Below, one piece after another: positions 18,837 to 30,915 of a DNA stretch of 64,000 nt (positions are counted from its first letter, which is position 1; each line of letters begins with the position of its first letter). The stretch is from positions 10,718-74,717 of the forward strand of contig JBJOJS010000090.1 of NCBI GenBank assembly GCA_046046455.1, in the 5' to 3' direction. Origin of the DNA: Actinomycetota bacterium (GTDB lineage: Bacteria; Actinomycetota; Actinomycetes; S36-B12). The position numbers and the translations under genes were made by a program. A model generated the notes under the pieces. It saw only the letters and a program-made list of their open reading frames with translations. It made no database searches and was not told where the DNA came from.

Positions 18837-19373
18837 TCAGTCGAGTTGACCCGCGTAGGCGAGGGCAAGGCGCACGAGTCGACCCTGTCCACCGGTCATC
18901 TCCGACTGAAATGACTCCGATGCGGCCTCGTGCGGCGTCACCCAGGTGAGGTCCAGTGACTCCTGGCTGGGTGAGCAATCGCCGTCGCATGGCACGACAT
19001 AGGCGAGGCTCACCGCGTGCTGACGGGGGTCGTGGTACCCGGTCACGGACGGGTCCGGGAAGTATTCGGCCACAGTGAAAGGCGCCGGATCCAGTGGCAG
19101 CCGCGGGAGAGCCATGGGGCCCAGGTCCTTCTCCAGATGGCGCAGCAGGGCCTCACGGAGTCGCTCGCCGTAGAGCACGCGTCCGGAGACGAGAGCCCGG
19201 CTGATCGACCCATCCGGCATCGCGCGCAGGAGGAGTCCCACCGCCGTGATCTCACCCCAGGAGTCCACCCGCACGGGGATCGCCTCGACGTAGACGATGG
19301 GCAGACGCTCCCGGGCCTGCTCCAACTGCTCCGAGCTCAGCCACGAGTCGCGGATATCGAGCATGTCGCTCAT
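18837..19373 (-). CDS. NUDIX-fold / DUF4916-like protein
   Basis: 178 aa. The pattern PIVYVEAIPVRVDSWGEITAVGLLLR...GRVLYGERLREALLRHLEKDLG resembles DUF4916/NUDIX-like actinobacterial proteins. Call is from recollection. Confidence 0.5.
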   Translation of the reverse strand: MSDMLDIRDSWLSSEQLEQARERLPIVYVEAIPVRVDSWGEITAVGLLLRAMPDGSISRALVSGRVLYGERLREALLRHLEKDLGPMALPRLPLDPAPFTVAEYFPDPSVTGYHDPRQHAVSLAYVVPCDGDCSPSQESLDLTWVTPHEAASESFQSEMTGGQGRLVRLALAYAGQLD

Positions 19374-19477
19374 CGATCACTCCCTTGCGTCTCGGCCTGC
19401 GGCGCTCCTCATGCGGGCATCCGACCCACGGCCGGGTCCGGCTCGCCGCGGGGCAGCTGCCCGCCTAGCCTGAGGGC

Positions 19478-19933
19478 ATGCCGACTGTAGAGCCACATCG
19501 CCCCGATGGAGCCACCTACCCCGTCACCCGCACGGAGGAGGAGTGGCGCGCCCAGCTCTCCCCCGTCGAATACGCCGTCCTGCGGGAGGCCGGGACCGAG
19601 CCCGCCTGGTCGGGAGAGTACGTAGGGACGAAGTCAGCAGGCACGTATGCGTGCCGCGCCTGCGGTGCGGAGCTCTTCCGCTCGGAGTCCAAATTCGACT
19701 CCCACTGCGGCTGGCCTTCCTTCTACACCCCTCTGGCCGGTGACCGGATCGTGGAGATCGAGGATCGTTCGCACGGAATGCTGCGCACGGAAGTGCGCTG
19801 CGCTTCCTGCGGAAGTCACCTCGGCCACGTCTTCGAGGGTGAGGGCTACCCGACGCCCACGGACCTCCGCTACTGCATCAACAGCGTCTGCCTCGTGCAC
19901 GAGGGCGAATCGACGGGGCCCGAGGGGACCTAG
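19478..19933 (+). CDS. msrB: Peptide-methionine (R)-S-oxide reductase
   Basis: Two CxxC zinc pairs ([19 protein letters not shown]), HCGWPSF, and the catalytic region RYCINS. Confidence 0.92.
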   Translation: MPTVEPHRPDGATYPVTRTEEEWRAQLSPVEYAVLREAGTEPAWSGEYVGTKSAGTYACRACGAELFRSESKFDSHCGWPSFYTPLAGDRIVEIEDRSHGMLRTEVRCASCGSHLGHVFEGEGYPTPTDLRYCINSVCLVHEGESTGPEGT

Positions 19934-19980
19934 TCAGCGGCTCCGGCCGACCAGCGGCGTGGGAGCGCCGACAGGCGCAT

Positions 19981-20571
19981 GTGGCGTCGTACCCTGCCGA
20001 TGTGACCACAGGGGCACAGTCCTTCGATCGCGCGCTCATGAGTCTGCGCGCGGTGCGCTTTCGCCCCGAGCTCAGCGTGGACGAGGGGCCCGCGCCGCAG
20101 CGTCTTGCCCCCCATGCCGTCGCCCTCACTGCGGAGTTCGTCGAGGATGACGAGGAACTCGCCTCGGGCAGGTTCGTGCTGCTCCACGACCCCGATGGTG
20201 TGGAGGCGTGGGAGGGGCACTTCCGCGCCGTGGTGTTCATCAGGGCCACTCTGGAGCCCGATCTGGCCACCGATCCCCTGCTGACCGGGGTCGCCTGGGC
20301 GTGGCTCCTCGAGGCCCTGGACGCCGAGGGGGGCCCACGCACCGCCCTGGGGGGCACGGTGACCCGAGTGATGAGCGAATCCTTCGGGGCCCTCGGCGAC
20401 CGCGATGTGTCGGGGTCGATCGAGATCCGGGCCTCGTGGACACCCCTGGGCGACCCCGACGACATGGGCCTTGAGGCCGAGGCCTGGGCGGCCGCGCTCG
20501 CGCAGGCCGCGGGCCTGCTCCCCCTGCCACCCGGCGTATCGGCCCTCGTGCAGCCGCGTCGGGCCACCTGA
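19981..20571 (+). CDS. DUF3000 domain protein
   Basis: 196 aa (FDRALMSLRAVRFRPELSVDEGPAPQRLAPHAVALTAEF). It holds the usual actinobacterial position directly upstream of the RNase D-like gene. Confidence 0.65.
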   Translation: MASYPADVTTGAQSFDRALMSLRAVRFRPELSVDEGPAPQRLAPHAVALTAEFVEDDEELASGRFVLLHDPDGVEAWEGHFRAVVFIRATLEPDLATDPLLTGVAWAWLLEALDAEGGPRTALGGTVTRVMSESFGALGDRDVSGSIEIRASWTPLGDPDDMGLEAEAWAAALAQAAGLLPLPPGVSALVQPRRAT

Positions 20572-20581
20572 GCCCGGCATC

Positions 20582-21826
20582 GTGGAGCCCTCCCGAGCCG
20601 TCGGCGCAGAGACCGACACCACCGTCGCGGCGCCGCTGCCCGACGTCGAACTCCTCGACGGCCTCCCCGATGTCGTCACGACTCCGGCACGGCTGGAGCA
20701 GGCGATCGATTCGCTGGTCCAGGGTGTCGGTCCCCTCGCGGTGGACGCTGAGCGTGCCTCGGGATTCAAGTACGGCCAACGCGCCTACCTGGTGCAGTTC
20801 TATCGGCGGCAGGGTGGCACGTGGCTCATCGATCCGACCGCGTTCGGCGACCTCTCCCCGCTGGCCGATCGCCTCCGAGGCGCCAAGTGGATCCTGCACG
20901 CCGCCTCCCAGGATCTGCCTTGCATGCGGGACGTCGGCCTTGTCCCGGAGACCATCTTCGACACCGAGCTCGCCGCACGATTGCTCGGACGCGAGCGCGT
21001 CGGGCTCGGCCCTCTCGTCGAGAGCGAACTCGGATTGCACCTGGCGAAGGGGCACGGTGCGGCAGACTGGTCGAAGCGACCGCTTCCCGACGACTGGCTT
21101 CGCTACGCCGCACTCGACGTCGAGGTGCTCGTCGATCTGTACGACGTGCTGGCTGCAGATCTCATCGCCACCGGTAAGGACACCTGGGCCGAGGAGGAAT
21201 TCTCCTCCGTCCTGCATCAGCCGCCGCCCCCTCCCCGGCGGGACCCGTGGCGCCGGACGTCCGGCATGCATCGTGTCCGAGGTCGCCGCTCGCTCGCCGT
21301 GGTCAGATCCCTCTGGGAGTCGCGCGACGATCTTGCCCAGCGCATGGACGTCAGCCCGGGGCGAGTCCTCTCCGATGCCGCTATCGTCGCGGCGGCCTCG
21401 GCTCAGCCCCGCGATCGCGATGCCCTGGCCGCTCTCCCCGAATTCCGCAAGGGTCAGGCGGCCCGTCACCTCGACCGTTGGTGGCGCGCAGTCGAATCTG
21501 CGCGCGCGCTGCCCGAGGAGGCGCTCCCGGCGCCCGCGCTTGCCGCCGAAGGACCTCCGCCGGCGCGTGTCTGGCGCGATCGCGATCCGGTGGCCGCGGA
21601 CCGACTCGCACGTGCTCGAGCGGCGCTGGCCGACATCGCCGAGGCCCACTCGATGCCCGTCGAGAACCTGATTCCCCCTGACGCGGTGCGCAGGTGGGCG
21701 TGGGAACCGCCGGAGCCGATCGACACTGACTCCGTGGGCCGGACGCTCAGCGCTGCAGGTGCGCGGCAGTGGCAGGTGGCCATGTGCGTCGATGCCCTCG
21801 TGTCGTCAGCGCACGCCCCTGAGTGA
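20582..21826 (+). CDS. rnd: Ribonuclease D-like 3'-5' exonuclease with HRDC domain
   Basis: DEDD exonuclease segments (LAVDAERASGF, LHAASQDLPC, YAALDVEVL) and a C-terminal HRDC-like region. I use GTG 20582 just after the DUF3000 stop. Track ORF starts at 20405, inside the upstream gene. Confidence 0.8.
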   Translation: MEPSRAVGAETDTTVAAPLPDVELLDGLPDVVTTPARLEQAIDSLVQGVGPLAVDAERASGFKYGQRAYLVQFYRRQGGTWLIDPTAFGDLSPLADRLRGAKWILHAASQDLPCMRDVGLVPETIFDTELAARLLGRERVGLGPLVESELGLHLAKGHGAADWSKRPLPDDWLRYAALDVEVLVDLYDVLAADLIATGKDTWAEEEFSSVLHQPPPPPRRDPWRRTSGMHRVRGRRSLAVVRSLWESRDDLAQRMDVSPGRVLSDAAIVAAASAQPRDRDALAALPEFRKGQAARHLDRWWRAVESARALPEEALPAPALAAEGPPPARVWRDRDPVAADRLARARAALADIAEAHSMPVENLIPPDAVRRWAWEPPEPIDTDSVGRTLSAAGARQWQVAMCVDALVSSAHAPE

Positions 21827-23773
21827 TCAGCCGCGAGGATCCTGAGCCCGCGCCACCTCATCGGACAACTCGCGGTCATCGGACAGGTCCGGGATCGGGG
21901 CTGCGACACGCTCGGTGATCCGACGAGCGATCTCCTGGGCGCTAAGTCCCGCATGTGCGAGCACGCTGGACCGAGATGCATGGTCCGGGAAGTTCGGCGG
22001 CATCCCGAAGGTCAGCGCCGGAGTGAGCACACCGGAATCCTCGAGAAGCGTGCGCAGCGCTGTGCCGACTCCGCCCGCACGCATGTTGTCTTCGAGGACG
22101 ACGACGAGATCCGCATCCGCCGACAGTCCCGCCAGCCTCGTGGGCACCGGAAGGACCCACCGGGGGTCGACCACCGTCGCACTAATGCCCTGCGCGGCGA
22201 GGGCGTCAGCGACCTCTAGGCCCAGTGGGGCGAAGGCTCCCACCGCGACCACGAGGACATCGCAGGTGTCCGTCTCGCGAAGGATGTCGACACCGTCGAC
22301 GCGCCGCGCCGCGGGGATGTCGTCGGGCACGGCTCCCTTGGGGAACCGCACGACGGTTGGCCCGTCGGTGACCTCAAGCGCCTCGCGGAGTTGATCGCGT
22401 AGCGCAGTGGCATCACGGGGGGCGGCGAGCCTGAGTCCCGGTACGACGCCGAGCAGGGACATGTCCCAGATGCCATTGTGGCTGGGACCATCGTCACCGG
22501 TGACCCCGGCACGGTCGAGGACGAAGGTCACTCCGGCGCGGTGGAGTGCGCAGTCGAGGAGCACCTGATCCAGTGCCCTGTTGAGGAACGTGGCGTAGAC
22601 CGCGACGACCGGGTGAAGGCCGGCGTACGCCATGCCCGCGGCGCTCGTAGCGGCGTGCTGCTCGGCGATACCGACATCGAAGGTGCGGTCGGGGAATTCA
22701 GTTGCGAAGCGGTCAAGTCCCGTAGGTCCGAGCATGGCGGCCGTGATCGCCACCACACGGGCATCATCCCGGCCGAGGGTGACGAGCTCGTCAGCAAAGA
22801 CCGACGTCCACGTCGTGCCGGAGGCGCGAAGGGGCTGGCCGGTCTCCGGATCGATGACGCCGATGCCGTGGAATCGATCGGCTTCGTCCTGCTCTGCGGG
22901 TGCGTAGCCGCGCCCCTTCTCGGTGATCACGTGGACGACGACAGGCCCTGGGAAATCGCGGGCGCGGCGTAGAGCGTGCTCCACCTCCAGGGTGTCATGG
23001 CCATCGATAGGACCGATGTACTTGAGTCCGAGGTCTTCGAACATCCCCTGGGGAGCAACGATGTCCTTGAGGCCCTTCTTCACGCCGTGCAGTGCCTCGT
23101 AGACCGGCGCCCCGACGACGGGCGTGCGCTGCAGGGTGCGCCGACCCCACTGGAGGAAGCGCTCATAGCCCTGAGTGGTGCGCAGGGTCGCGAGATGATG
23201 CGCCAAGCCGCCGATGGTCGGCGAGTAGGAGCGCTCATTGTCGTTGACCAGGATGACCATGGGACGGTCGGAGGCGGCGATGTTGTTGAGCGCCTCCCAG
23301 GCCATGCCTCCCGTGAGGGAGCCGTCGCCCACGACGGCAATGACGTGACGTCCCTCGGGGCCGGTGAGTTGGCCCTGGAGTTCGAAGGCTTTGGCGATGC
23401 CATCGGCGTAGGACAGCGCCGTGGACGCGTGTGAGTTCTCGATGACGTCGTGCTCGGATTCAGCGCGTGACGGGTAGCCGGAGAGCCCGTGCTCCTTGCG
23501 AAGCGTGCCGAAGTCGCGCCACCGGCCGGTGAGGATCTTGTGGACGTAAGCCTGGTGGCCGGTGTCCCACAGGATCACGTCGTGCGGGGAATCGAAGACG
23601 CGGTGCAGGGCGAGGGTCACCTCGACCACACCTAGGTTGGGCCCGAGATGTCCTCCGGTAGCGGAGACCTGCTGGACGAGAAAGCCTCGGATCTCCTCGG
23701 CAAGGGACTCGAGGTCCTCCTCCGGGAGCTGGCGGAGGTCCTCGGGCGAGCCGATGCCGTCAAGCAGACCCAT
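21827..23773 (-). CDS. dxs: 1-deoxy-D-xylulose-5-phosphate synthase
   Basis: N-terminus [16 protein letters not shown], ThDP motif [16 protein letters not shown], and transketolase-like C-terminal domains. Start is at Met-14 of the track ORF. Confidence 0.95.
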   Translation of the reverse strand: MGLLDGIGSPEDLRQLPEEDLESLAEEIRGFLVQQVSATGGHLGPNLGVVEVTLALHRVFDSPHDVILWDTGHQAYVHKILTGRWRDFGTLRKEHGLSGYPSRAESEHDVIENSHASTALSYADGIAKAFELQGQLTGPEGRHVIAVVGDGSLTGGMAWEALNNIAASDRPMVILVNDNERSYSPTIGGLAHHLATLRTTQGYERFLQWGRRTLQRTPVVGAPVYEALHGVKKGLKDIVAPQGMFEDLGLKYIGPIDGHDTLEVEHALRRARDFPGPVVVHVITEKGRGYAPAEQDEADRFHGIGVIDPETGQPLRASGTTWTSVFADELVTLGRDDARVVAITAAMLGPTGLDRFATEFPDRTFDVGIAEQHAATSAAGMAYAGLHPVVAVYATFLNRALDQVLLDCALHRAGVTFVLDRAGVTGDDGPSHNGIWDMSLLGVVPGLRLAAPRDATALRDQLREALEVTDGPTVVRFPKGAVPDDIPAARRVDGVDILRETDTCDVLVVAVGAFAPLGLEVADALAAQGISATVVDPRWVLPVPTRLAGLSADADLVVVLEDNMRAGGVGTALRTLLEDSGVLTPALTFGMPPNFPDHASRSSVLAHAGLSAQEIARRITERVAAPIPDLSDDRELSDEVARAQDPRG

Positions 23774-23853
23774 GCCGCACTCGCCTCCCGCCCATGCGCT
23801 GTGGCAGCGCACCCGACTCGAGCAGTCTAGGCGCCCCTGGCCGCATCCACACG

Positions 23854-24207
23854 TCAGAGGCGGGCCTGCCAGCGGCGTCCGGCGAGCGCCTCCGCCACCA
23901 TCTCCACCTCTCGCTGCAGCCTCTGGAGATCAGCGGCCTCGGACTCGAGAGCCTGCAGTACCCGGTCCGGGTCGATTCCGGTACCCGCCAGAGCGGTACG
24001 CGCCCGCGCATAGGCGAGTCGCGCCCCCTCGATCCGCGCATCGAGGTCGCAACTCACCCGGAACGCGAGCGCACGCGGGTGGACTGCCCACACGGAGGAC
24101 GCTGAGCGCGGGATCCCACCGATGTCCCACAGCCACCGGGAGGCCGACTCCGCGAAGTCCGACTGCTCCGGGTCGGTGACGCGATCCGGCCAGCCCGGTG
24201 GACGCAC
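23854..24207 (-). CDS. Hypothetical 117-aa protein immediately downstream of acn
   Basis: Starts 2 nt after the aconitase stop. No recognisable motif. Confidence 0.4.
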   Translation of the reverse strand: MRPPGWPDRVTDPEQSDFAESASRWLWDIGGIPRSASSVWAVHPRALAFRVSCDLDARIEGARLAYARARTALAGTGIDPDRVLQALESEAADLQRLQREVEMVAEALAGRRWQARL

Positions 24208-24209
24208 GG

Positions 24210-26870
24210 CTAGACCAGGGAGCGGAGGACGTACTGGAGGATCCCGCCGTGCCGGTAGTAGTCGGCCTCTCCGGGGGTGTCCACGCGCACGAGGGCGCTG
24301 AACTCGACGGTCCGACCATCGGCAGCCACCGCCTCGACATCGACCTGGGGCGGCGTGCGACCCTCGTTGAATGCCGTGATGCCTCGGATCGTGAAGACCT
24401 CATCGCCCTGGAGGCCGAGTGAGTCGGCACTCATGCCGTCCGGGAACTGCAGTGGCAGGACTCCCATGCCGATGAGGTTGGACCGATGGATGCGCTCGTA
24501 CGACTGGGCGATCACTGCCTTGACCCCGAGAAGTGCCGTGCCCTTGGCCGCCCAGTCGCGACTCGATCCGGAGCCGTACTCCTTACCGGCGAGGATGACC
24601 AACGGCGTGTGGTGCCGCGCGTACGCCATTGCCGCGTCGTACACGGACACCGTCGCGTCGTCGGGCGTCGTGAAGTCCACGGTGTAGCCACCTTCGACAT
24701 CGTGCAGCATGAGATTGCGCAGGCGGATGTTGGCGAAGGTCCCCCTGATCATCACCTCGTGGTTTCCTCGTCGCGAGCCGTAGGAGTTGAAGTCCTTGCG
24801 CTCCACGCCATGCTCGGCGAGGTAGAGGCCGGCGGGACTGTCGGCCTTGATGCTGCCCGCGGGAGAGATGTGATCCGTCGTGACCGAGTCCCCGAGCTTG
24901 AGCAGGACGCGGGCTCCATTGATGTCATGCAGGGGCTCCGGCGTCCTCGACATGCCGTCGAAGTAGGGCGCCTTGCGGACATAGGTGCTCTGCGGATCCC
25001 AGGCGAATCGGTCCCCCGTCGGGGTGGGCAGGCTCCTCCATCGCTCGTCGCCGTGGAAGACATCGGCGTAGCGCGCAGCGAACATGCCTTCGTCGATGCT
25101 GGCGTCGATGACCGCATGGATCTCCTGCGGGCTCGGCCAGATGTCAGCAAGGAAGACCGGGTGACCGGATTCGTCGAGGCCGAGCGGCTCGGTGTCGAAG
25201 TCGATGTCCATCGTGCCCGCAATGGCGTAGGCGACGACCAACGGCGGTGAGGCCAGGTAGTTCATCTTGACGTCGGGGTTGATGCGACCCTCGAAGTTCC
25301 TGTTGCCGCTGAGCACCGAGACCACGGCCAGATCCGCCTCATTGACGGCGGCGCTCACCTCCGGGATGAGCGGACCGGAGTTGCCGATGCACACGGTGCA
25401 GCCGTAGCCCACCGTGTCGAATCCGAGTTTGTCGAGGAAGGGGGTGAGTCCCGCACGGTCGTAGTAGTCGGTCACCACCTGGGATCCCGGACCGAGCGTG
25501 CTCTTGACCCAGGGCTTGCGGGTGAGGCCGCGCTCGACCGCCTTCTTGGCGAGCAGGCCAGCACCGATCATGACCGAAGGGTTCGACGTGTTGGTGCACG
25601 AGGTGATGGCAGCGATGACCACCGCACCGTGCCCTATCTCCACGGGCTCCCCATCGATCAGCGTCTCGACCGCGGCGGCCGGCTGGTGCGTGTAGTCCTT
25701 GAGAGCACTCACGAAGGACGCCTTCGCCTCGCTCAAGGGGACCCGGTCCTGAGGGCGCTTGGGTCCAGCGAGAGAGGGCACCACAGTGCCGAGATCGAGC
25801 TCGATGTACTCCGAGTAGCGGGCTGTACGCGCGGGATCGTGCCACAGGCCCTGCGCCTTGGCGTAGGACTCGACCAACGCGATCTGCTCAGCGGTGCGGC
25901 CCGTCAGGCGCAGGTAGTCGATGGTGGCGCCATCGATCGGGAAGATGGCCACTGTGGAGCCGTACTCGGGGCTCATGTTGCCGATGGTTGCTCGATCCGC
26001 GAGCGGCACCGCACCTACGCCCTCCCCGTAGAACTCCACGAACTTGCCCACGACGCCGTGCTTGCGCAGCATCTCGGTGATCGTGAGGACAAGGTCGGTG
26101 GCCGTGGCGCCTGCGGGGAGCTCGCCGGTGAGCTTGAAGCCGACCACACGCGGGATGAGCATGGAGACCGGCTGACCGAGCATCGCCGCCTCGGCCTCGA
26201 TGCCGCCGACCCCCCAGCCCAGGACACCCAATCCGTTGACCATCGTGGTGTGACTGTCGGTCCCGACAACCGTGTCGGGGTAGGCCTGACCCCCGCGCGC
26301 CATGATGACGCGCGCAAGGTGCTCGATATTGACCTGATGCACGATGCCCGTGCCCGGCGGCACCACCTTGAACTCCTCGAAGGCACCCTGACCCCAGCGG
26401 AGGAACTGGTAGCGCTCGCGATTGCGCTCGTACTCCAGCGCGGTGTTGAGGTCTGCAGCATCCGGGCGTGCGAAGTAGTCGGCGATGACGCTGTGGTCGA
26501 TGACGAGCTCCGCGGGGGCCAGCGGCTCGATTCGCGCGGGATCGCCACCGAGGTCCACCACGGCCTCGCGCATCGTGGCCAGATCGACGACGACGGGGAC
26601 CCCGGTGAAGTCCTGCATGATGACGCGCGCCGGGGTGAACTGGATCTCCTCGGATGGCTCCGCATCGGCGTCCCAGGACCCCAGGGCACGGATATGCGCC
26701 TCGGTGACATTGGCCCCGTCCTCCGTGCGCAGGAGGTTCTCGAGGAGGACGCGGTGCGTGAAGGGCAGGGAGTCGGCCCCGGGCACTGCATCGATGCGGA
26801 AGATCTCGTAGTCGCGATCACCCACGGTGAGTGTCGTCCGCGCCCCCAGGCTGTCCCGACTCGCTGCCAC
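24210..26870 (-). CDS. acn: Aconitate hydratase A
   Basis: 886 aa. Fe-S ligand motifs [10 protein letters not shown] and [10 protein letters not shown], plus the C-terminal swivel domain. Confidence 0.97.
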   Translation of the reverse strand: MAASRDSLGARTTLTVGDRDYEIFRIDAVPGADSLPFTHRVLLENLLRTEDGANVTEAHIRALGSWDADAEPSEEIQFTPARVIMQDFTGVPVVVDLATMREAVVDLGGDPARIEPLAPAELVIDHSVIADYFARPDAADLNTALEYERNRERYQFLRWGQGAFEEFKVVPPGTGIVHQVNIEHLARVIMARGGQAYPDTVVGTDSHTTMVNGLGVLGWGVGGIEAEAAMLGQPVSMLIPRVVGFKLTGELPAGATATDLVLTITEMLRKHGVVGKFVEFYGEGVGAVPLADRATIGNMSPEYGSTVAIFPIDGATIDYLRLTGRTAEQIALVESYAKAQGLWHDPARTARYSEYIELDLGTVVPSLAGPKRPQDRVPLSEAKASFVSALKDYTHQPAAAVETLIDGEPVEIGHGAVVIAAITSCTNTSNPSVMIGAGLLAKKAVERGLTRKPWVKSTLGPGSQVVTDYYDRAGLTPFLDKLGFDTVGYGCTVCIGNSGPLIPEVSAAVNEADLAVVSVLSGNRNFEGRINPDVKMNYLASPPLVVAYAIAGTMDIDFDTEPLGLDESGHPVFLADIWPSPQEIHAVIDASIDEGMFAARYADVFHGDERWRSLPTPTGDRFAWDPQSTYVRKAPYFDGMSRTPEPLHDINGARVLLKLGDSVTTDHISPAGSIKADSPAGLYLAEHGVERKDFNSYGSRRGNHEVMIRGTFANIRLRNLMLHDVEGGYTVDFTTPDDATVSVYDAAMAYARHHTPLVILAGKEYGSGSSRDWAAKGTALLGVKAVIAQSYERIHRSNLIGMGVLPLQFPDGMSADSLGLQGDEVFTIRGITAFNEGRTPPQVDVEAVAADGRTVEFSALVRVDTPGEADYYRHGGILQYVLRSLV

Positions 26871-27049
26871 GACGTCATCCTCCTCCGCCCACCCGATGCA
26901 CAGGTCGTCCCTGGTCCTCCGGTCGGCACGCCCACATTACCGAGCGACGCGCGGACGACCGCCAGCCCCTCGGCGCACCGGATCGGACCGCGGGACCTGT
27001 TAGCGTGACCGGGCCCGATAGGCGCGGGCGCGAAGGAGGTCCCCACCGC

Positions 27050-28969
27050 ATGTGCGGTATCGCCGGGGTCCTGGGCCCCGCTCAGCGCACCTCACAGGTC
27101 ATCGGACCCATGCTCGATGTCATCCACCATCGCGGCCCTGATGACTCGGGTTCCTACGTGGCCGACGACTTCGCCTTCGGGATGACGCGGCTGTCGATCA
27201 TCGACATTGCCGGTGGACATCAGCCCATGTGGAGTGACGACGGGACGGTGGGCATCGTCTACAACGGCGAGCTCTACAACTACCGCGAGCTCAACGCCGA
27301 ACTTGCTGCCGCGGGTCGGCCCCCGCGCAGCAACAGCGATACCGACACGATCATTCGCCTCTACGAGGAGGTGGGGCGGCACGATCTGCCGGCGATGCTT
27401 CGGCGGCTGCGTGGGATGTTCGGCTTGTGCATCTACGACGCGTCTCGCCAGCAGTTGATCCTGGCCCGCGATGCCTTCGGCATCAAGCCCCTGTATGTAC
27501 GTCTCGACGGGACAGCCGACGCGCGACACGTCGCGGCGTTCGCATCGGAGATCAAGAGCCTGCTCGTCGACCCCGGCGTGACACCGGAGGTCGACATGGA
27601 TGCTGTGGTCAACTACCTCTCGTTCCAGTTCAATCCCCTCTCCCAGACCTTCTTCAAGGGGATCACCCGCCTAGATCCCGGCCACATGGCGGTGGTGGAC
27701 CTCGCCAACCCTGTCTTCGCTCCGGAGCGCTACTGGCGCTACGAGTTCGCTCCCGACCGCGATGACGAACTCGCACTCATCGACGAGGTGCGGTCGGTCC
27801 TGGAGGACTCCGTCGAGCACCACCTCATCGCCGACGTGCCGGTAGGAGCCTTTCTCAGCGGTGGTGTCGACAGCGCGATCACCGTGACCCTCGTGCAGGA
27901 GCAGCGACGCGCCCTCGGCCTCGAGCCCGTCAAGACCTTCACGGTCGGATTCGACGCGGTGAGCGAGCACGCCGAGGCGCGGGAGGTCGCCGATCGCCTC
28001 GGCACCGATCACCATGAGATCCACGTCGACCTGTCGGACTACCTCGGTGTCCTTCCCGACATCGCCTGGTACTTCGACGAGCCCGTCGCGGACCCTTCGG
28101 CCGTCTCGCTGTACTTCGTGGCCCGTGCCGCTCGCGAGCACGTCACCGTGGTGCTTTCGGGCGAGGGAGCGGACGAGCTCTTCGGTGGCTACCGCATCTA
28201 CCGCGAGCCCATCGACCTCGATCGGATCAGGAAGCTCCCCCGGCCCCTGCGTCGACTCGCCGGACGACTCGGACGGTCGTCGGTGTCGTTCCCGGGACGC
28301 AATTATCTCCGTCGAGCCACGACACCTTTCGCGGATCGCTACATCGGCAATGCCTACATCTTCCGTCCTGACGAGATCCGTCGCCTGCTCAGGGACAAGC
28401 GACCCGCGACGCATGTGCGTCCCGCCGACGTGCTCGCGGCAACATACCCTGGATTCGATGATCTCCCCGAGTCACGGCGCATGCAGCTCGTCGACATGAA
28501 CTTCTGGCTCCGCGGTGACATTCTCGCTAAGGCCGATCGCATGACGATGGCGCACTCGCTCGAGCTGCGCGTCCCCTACCTGGACATCGACGTCGCCGCC
28601 GTGAGTGCGCGCATCCCGGATCGCCTCAAGTATCGCGATGGCACGACCAAGTGGCTCCTGCGCCGCGCATTCCGCGGTCGGATCCCCGAGACGACCGAGC
28701 AGCGTGCGAAGCTCGGCTTCCCCACCCCCTTCCGTCACTGGCTCGCGCAAGATCCCGACGCGGTCCTCGCGCCCATCCGTCGGAGTGGATTCCTCGCGAG
28801 CATCCTGGACATGGGTGTGGTCGAGGAGTTGGTGCGCAGTCACGCGACCGGCGAGTCCGATGCCTCGCGCAAGATCTTCGTGCTGCTCATGCTTGCCCTG
28901 TGGCACGAGGCGTTCTTCGAGGGTCCGACGGCCGTGCGGCCTTCCGAGCGCACGGCGGCCGAGGCCTAG
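27050..28969 (+). CDS. asnB: Asparagine synthase (glutamine-hydrolysing)
   Basis: MCGIAG N-terminal nucleophile and PP-loop SGGVDS. ATG 27050 is preceded by GAAGGAGG. Track ORF begins further upstream at 26831. Confidence 0.9.
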   Translation: MCGIAGVLGPAQRTSQVIGPMLDVIHHRGPDDSGSYVADDFAFGMTRLSIIDIAGGHQPMWSDDGTVGIVYNGELYNYRELNAELAAAGRPPRSNSDTDTIIRLYEEVGRHDLPAMLRRLRGMFGLCIYDASRQQLILARDAFGIKPLYVRLDGTADARHVAAFASEIKSLLVDPGVTPEVDMDAVVNYLSFQFNPLSQTFFKGITRLDPGHMAVVDLANPVFAPERYWRYEFAPDRDDELALIDEVRSVLEDSVEHHLIADVPVGAFLSGGVDSAITVTLVQEQRRALGLEPVKTFTVGFDAVSEHAEAREVADRLGTDHHEIHVDLSDYLGVLPDIAWYFDEPVADPSAVSLYFVARAAREHVTVVLSGEGADELFGGYRIYREPIDLDRIRKLPRPLRRLAGRLGRSSVSFPGRNYLRRATTPFADRYIGNAYIFRPDEIRRLLRDKRPATHVRPADVLAATYPGFDDLPESRRMQLVDMNFWLRGDILAKADRMTMAHSLELRVPYLDIDVAAVSARIPDRLKYRDGTTKWLLRRAFRGRIPETTEQRAKLGFPTPFRHWLAQDPDAVLAPIRRSGFLASILDMGVVEELVRSHATGESDASRKIFVLLMLALWHEAFFEGPTAVRPSERTAAEA

Positions 28970-30915
28970 GGCTGGCGCCAGTCGACTGAGTCCCCCGACA
29001 GCTCCGATGACGCGAGCTGCCAGGGCACGCTGACGACCATCACGCCGGGGGCGAAGAGCAATCGGGTCTTGAGTCTCAGCGCGGATTGATTGTGGAGCAA
29101 CTGCTCCCACCAGTGACCCACGACGTACTCCGGCACGTACACCGTAACGAGATCACGTGGACTCTCCCGCCGCAGGCGCTTGATGTAGTCGATGATCGGT
29201 CGCGTGATCTCGCGATAGGGCGACTCGATAACCCGCAGGGTGACCGGGATATCCCTGCGCTCCCAATCGCGCCGCAGTGCCGCCGTCTCCTCCGGGTCGA
29301 CGTCGACCGTGAGGGCCTCGAGCGTGTCGTGCCGCGTCGCACGTGCATACGCCAAGGCACGTAGCGCGGGCTTGTGGAGCTTGGAGATGAGCACGATTCC
29401 GTGCACCCGCGAGGGCAGGGTCGTGTGTTCCTCATCCCCCACCGCGAGCTCCTCGCGGACCCGCTCGTAGTGCCGATGGATCGCCTGCATCACCAGGAAG
29501 ATGATCGGCATTGCCACGACGACGATCCATGCGCCCTGAAGGAATTTCGTTGCTAGGACGAGGATGAGGACGATGCCCGTAAGGAAGGCGCCCACGGCGT
29601 TGATCGCCCGGGAGCGCAGCATCCTACGTCGTTCCTCCGGCGCCGGATCGCGACGTAGTTCACGATTCCAGTGCCTCAGCATGCCGATCTGCCCCAGCGT
29701 GAACGCGACAAAGACGCCGATGATGTAGAGCTGAATGAGCGAGGAGACGTCTGCCTGGAAGACAACTACGAGCACGATGGCGAAGGCGGCCAGGACGATG
29801 ATGCCGTTGCTGTAGGACAGGCGATCGCCGCGCGTGTGCAACTGCCGCGGGAGGTAGCCATCCCGCGCGAGGATCGAGCCGAGCACGGGGAAACCATTGA
29901 AGGCCGTGTTGGCGGCAAGCGCGAGGATCAGGGCAGTGGCCAGCGAGATCACGAGCACCGCCAGCGTGAACTCACCGAACACCGCCTGAGCCACCTGGAC
30001 GATGACGGTCTTCTGAGGCTGACCCTCGGGGAGGCCCACGAGGTCCGCGTCGTTTTCCGTCACCTTGACGCCTGTCGATAGGGCTAGCCAGGTGAGCGAG
30101 GCGAACATCGCCATCGAGATGACGCCGAGCATGAGCAGGGTGGTCGCGGCATTGCGCGACTTGGGTTTGCGGAACGACGGCACACCATTGGCTATGGCTT
30201 CGATGCCGGTCAGGGCGGTGGTGCCCGAGGAAAATGCCCGAGCCACGAGGAAAGCCAGGGCGAGTCCCGTGAACTCATCCTCGGCAACGATCTGCCAGCC
30301 GGCACTCTCCGCCGTGAGATCAGCGCCCAAAGCGGTGCGAATGATGCCCGTGACCACCATGATCGCGATCGAGGCGATGAAGAGATACGTAGGGATGGCA
30401 AAGGCGACACCGGATTCGCGGATACCCCGCAGGTTGACCAGCGTGATGATGACGATGATGCCCACCGCCCACCAGGGAGCGTGATCCGAGATGACAGGGA
30501 AGACCGACCCGAGGTTGGCGACCGCCGCCGAGATCGACACCGCGACCGTGAGCGTGTAGTCAACGAGCAGCGCACTCGCCGTGAAGACCCCCCACTTGGG
30601 CCCGAGGTTCTCGGACACCACGGTGTAGTCGCCACCACCGCCGGGGTAGGCGTGGACGTTTTGCCGGTAGGACGCCACCACCACGAAGTAGAGAAGCACC
30701 ACAGCCGCCGCGACCCACGGGCCGTAGGAGTAGAAGGAGAACCCGCCCAGGGCCAGGACGATGAGGATCTCCTGCGTCGCGTAGGCGTTGGACGACAGGG
30801 CATCGCTGGCGAAGATCGGGAGCGCAATGCGCTTCGGGAGCAGGGTCTCGCCAATGCGATCGCTCCGCAGGGCGCGGCCGAAGAAGAACCGCTTCACGGT
30901 GTCCACCACGGGCAC
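28966..30915 (-). CDS. APC-superfamily permease with a C-terminal cytoplasmic domain of about 200 aa
   Basis: About 12 TM segments followed by a soluble tail. It holds the common actinobacterial position next to the trkA pair. Confidence 0.7.
   Translation of the reverse strand: MPVVDTVKRFFFGRALRSDRIGETLLPKRIALPIFASDALSSNAYATQEILIVLALGGFSFYSYGPWVAAAVVLLYFVVVASYRQNVHAYPGGGGDYTVVSENLGPKWGVFTASALLVDYTLTVAVSISAAVANLGSVFPVISDHAPWWAVGIIVIITLVNLRGIRESGVAFAIPTYLFIASIAIMVVTGIIRTALGADLTAESAGWQIVAEDEFTGLALAFLVARAFSSGTTALTGIEAIANGVPSFRKPKSRNAATTLLMLGVISMAMFASLTWLALSTGVKVTENDADLVGLPEGQPQKTVIVQVAQAVFGEFTLAVLVISLATALILALAANTAFNGFPVLGSILARDGYLPRQLHTRGDRLSYSNGIIVLAAFAIVLVVVFQADVSSLIQLYIIGVFVAFTLGQIGMLRHWNRELRRDPAPEERRRMLRSRAINAVGAFLTGIVLILVLATKFLQGAWIVVVAMPIIFLVMQAIHRHYERVREELAVGDEEHTTLPSRVHGIVLISKLHKPALRALAYARATRHDTLEALTVDVDPEETAALRRDWERRDIPVTLRVIESPYREITRPIIDYIKRLRRESPRDLVTVYVPEYVVGHWWEQLLHNQSALRLKTRLLFAPGVMVVSVPWQLASSELSGDSVDWRQP

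Noticed and set aside
20240-21649. 469-aa minus-strand ORF antisense to the RNase D-like gene
   Set aside because: It has shadow-frame composition (Arg/Gly/Pro-rich), while the plus strand encodes conserved DEDD/HRDC segments.
26831-27049. N-terminal extension of the asnB ORF (track start 26831)
   Set aside because: Glutamine-dependent asparagine synthases must begin Met-Cys. MCGIAG at 27050 has a GAAGGAGG site, and the extension overlaps the aconitase start region.
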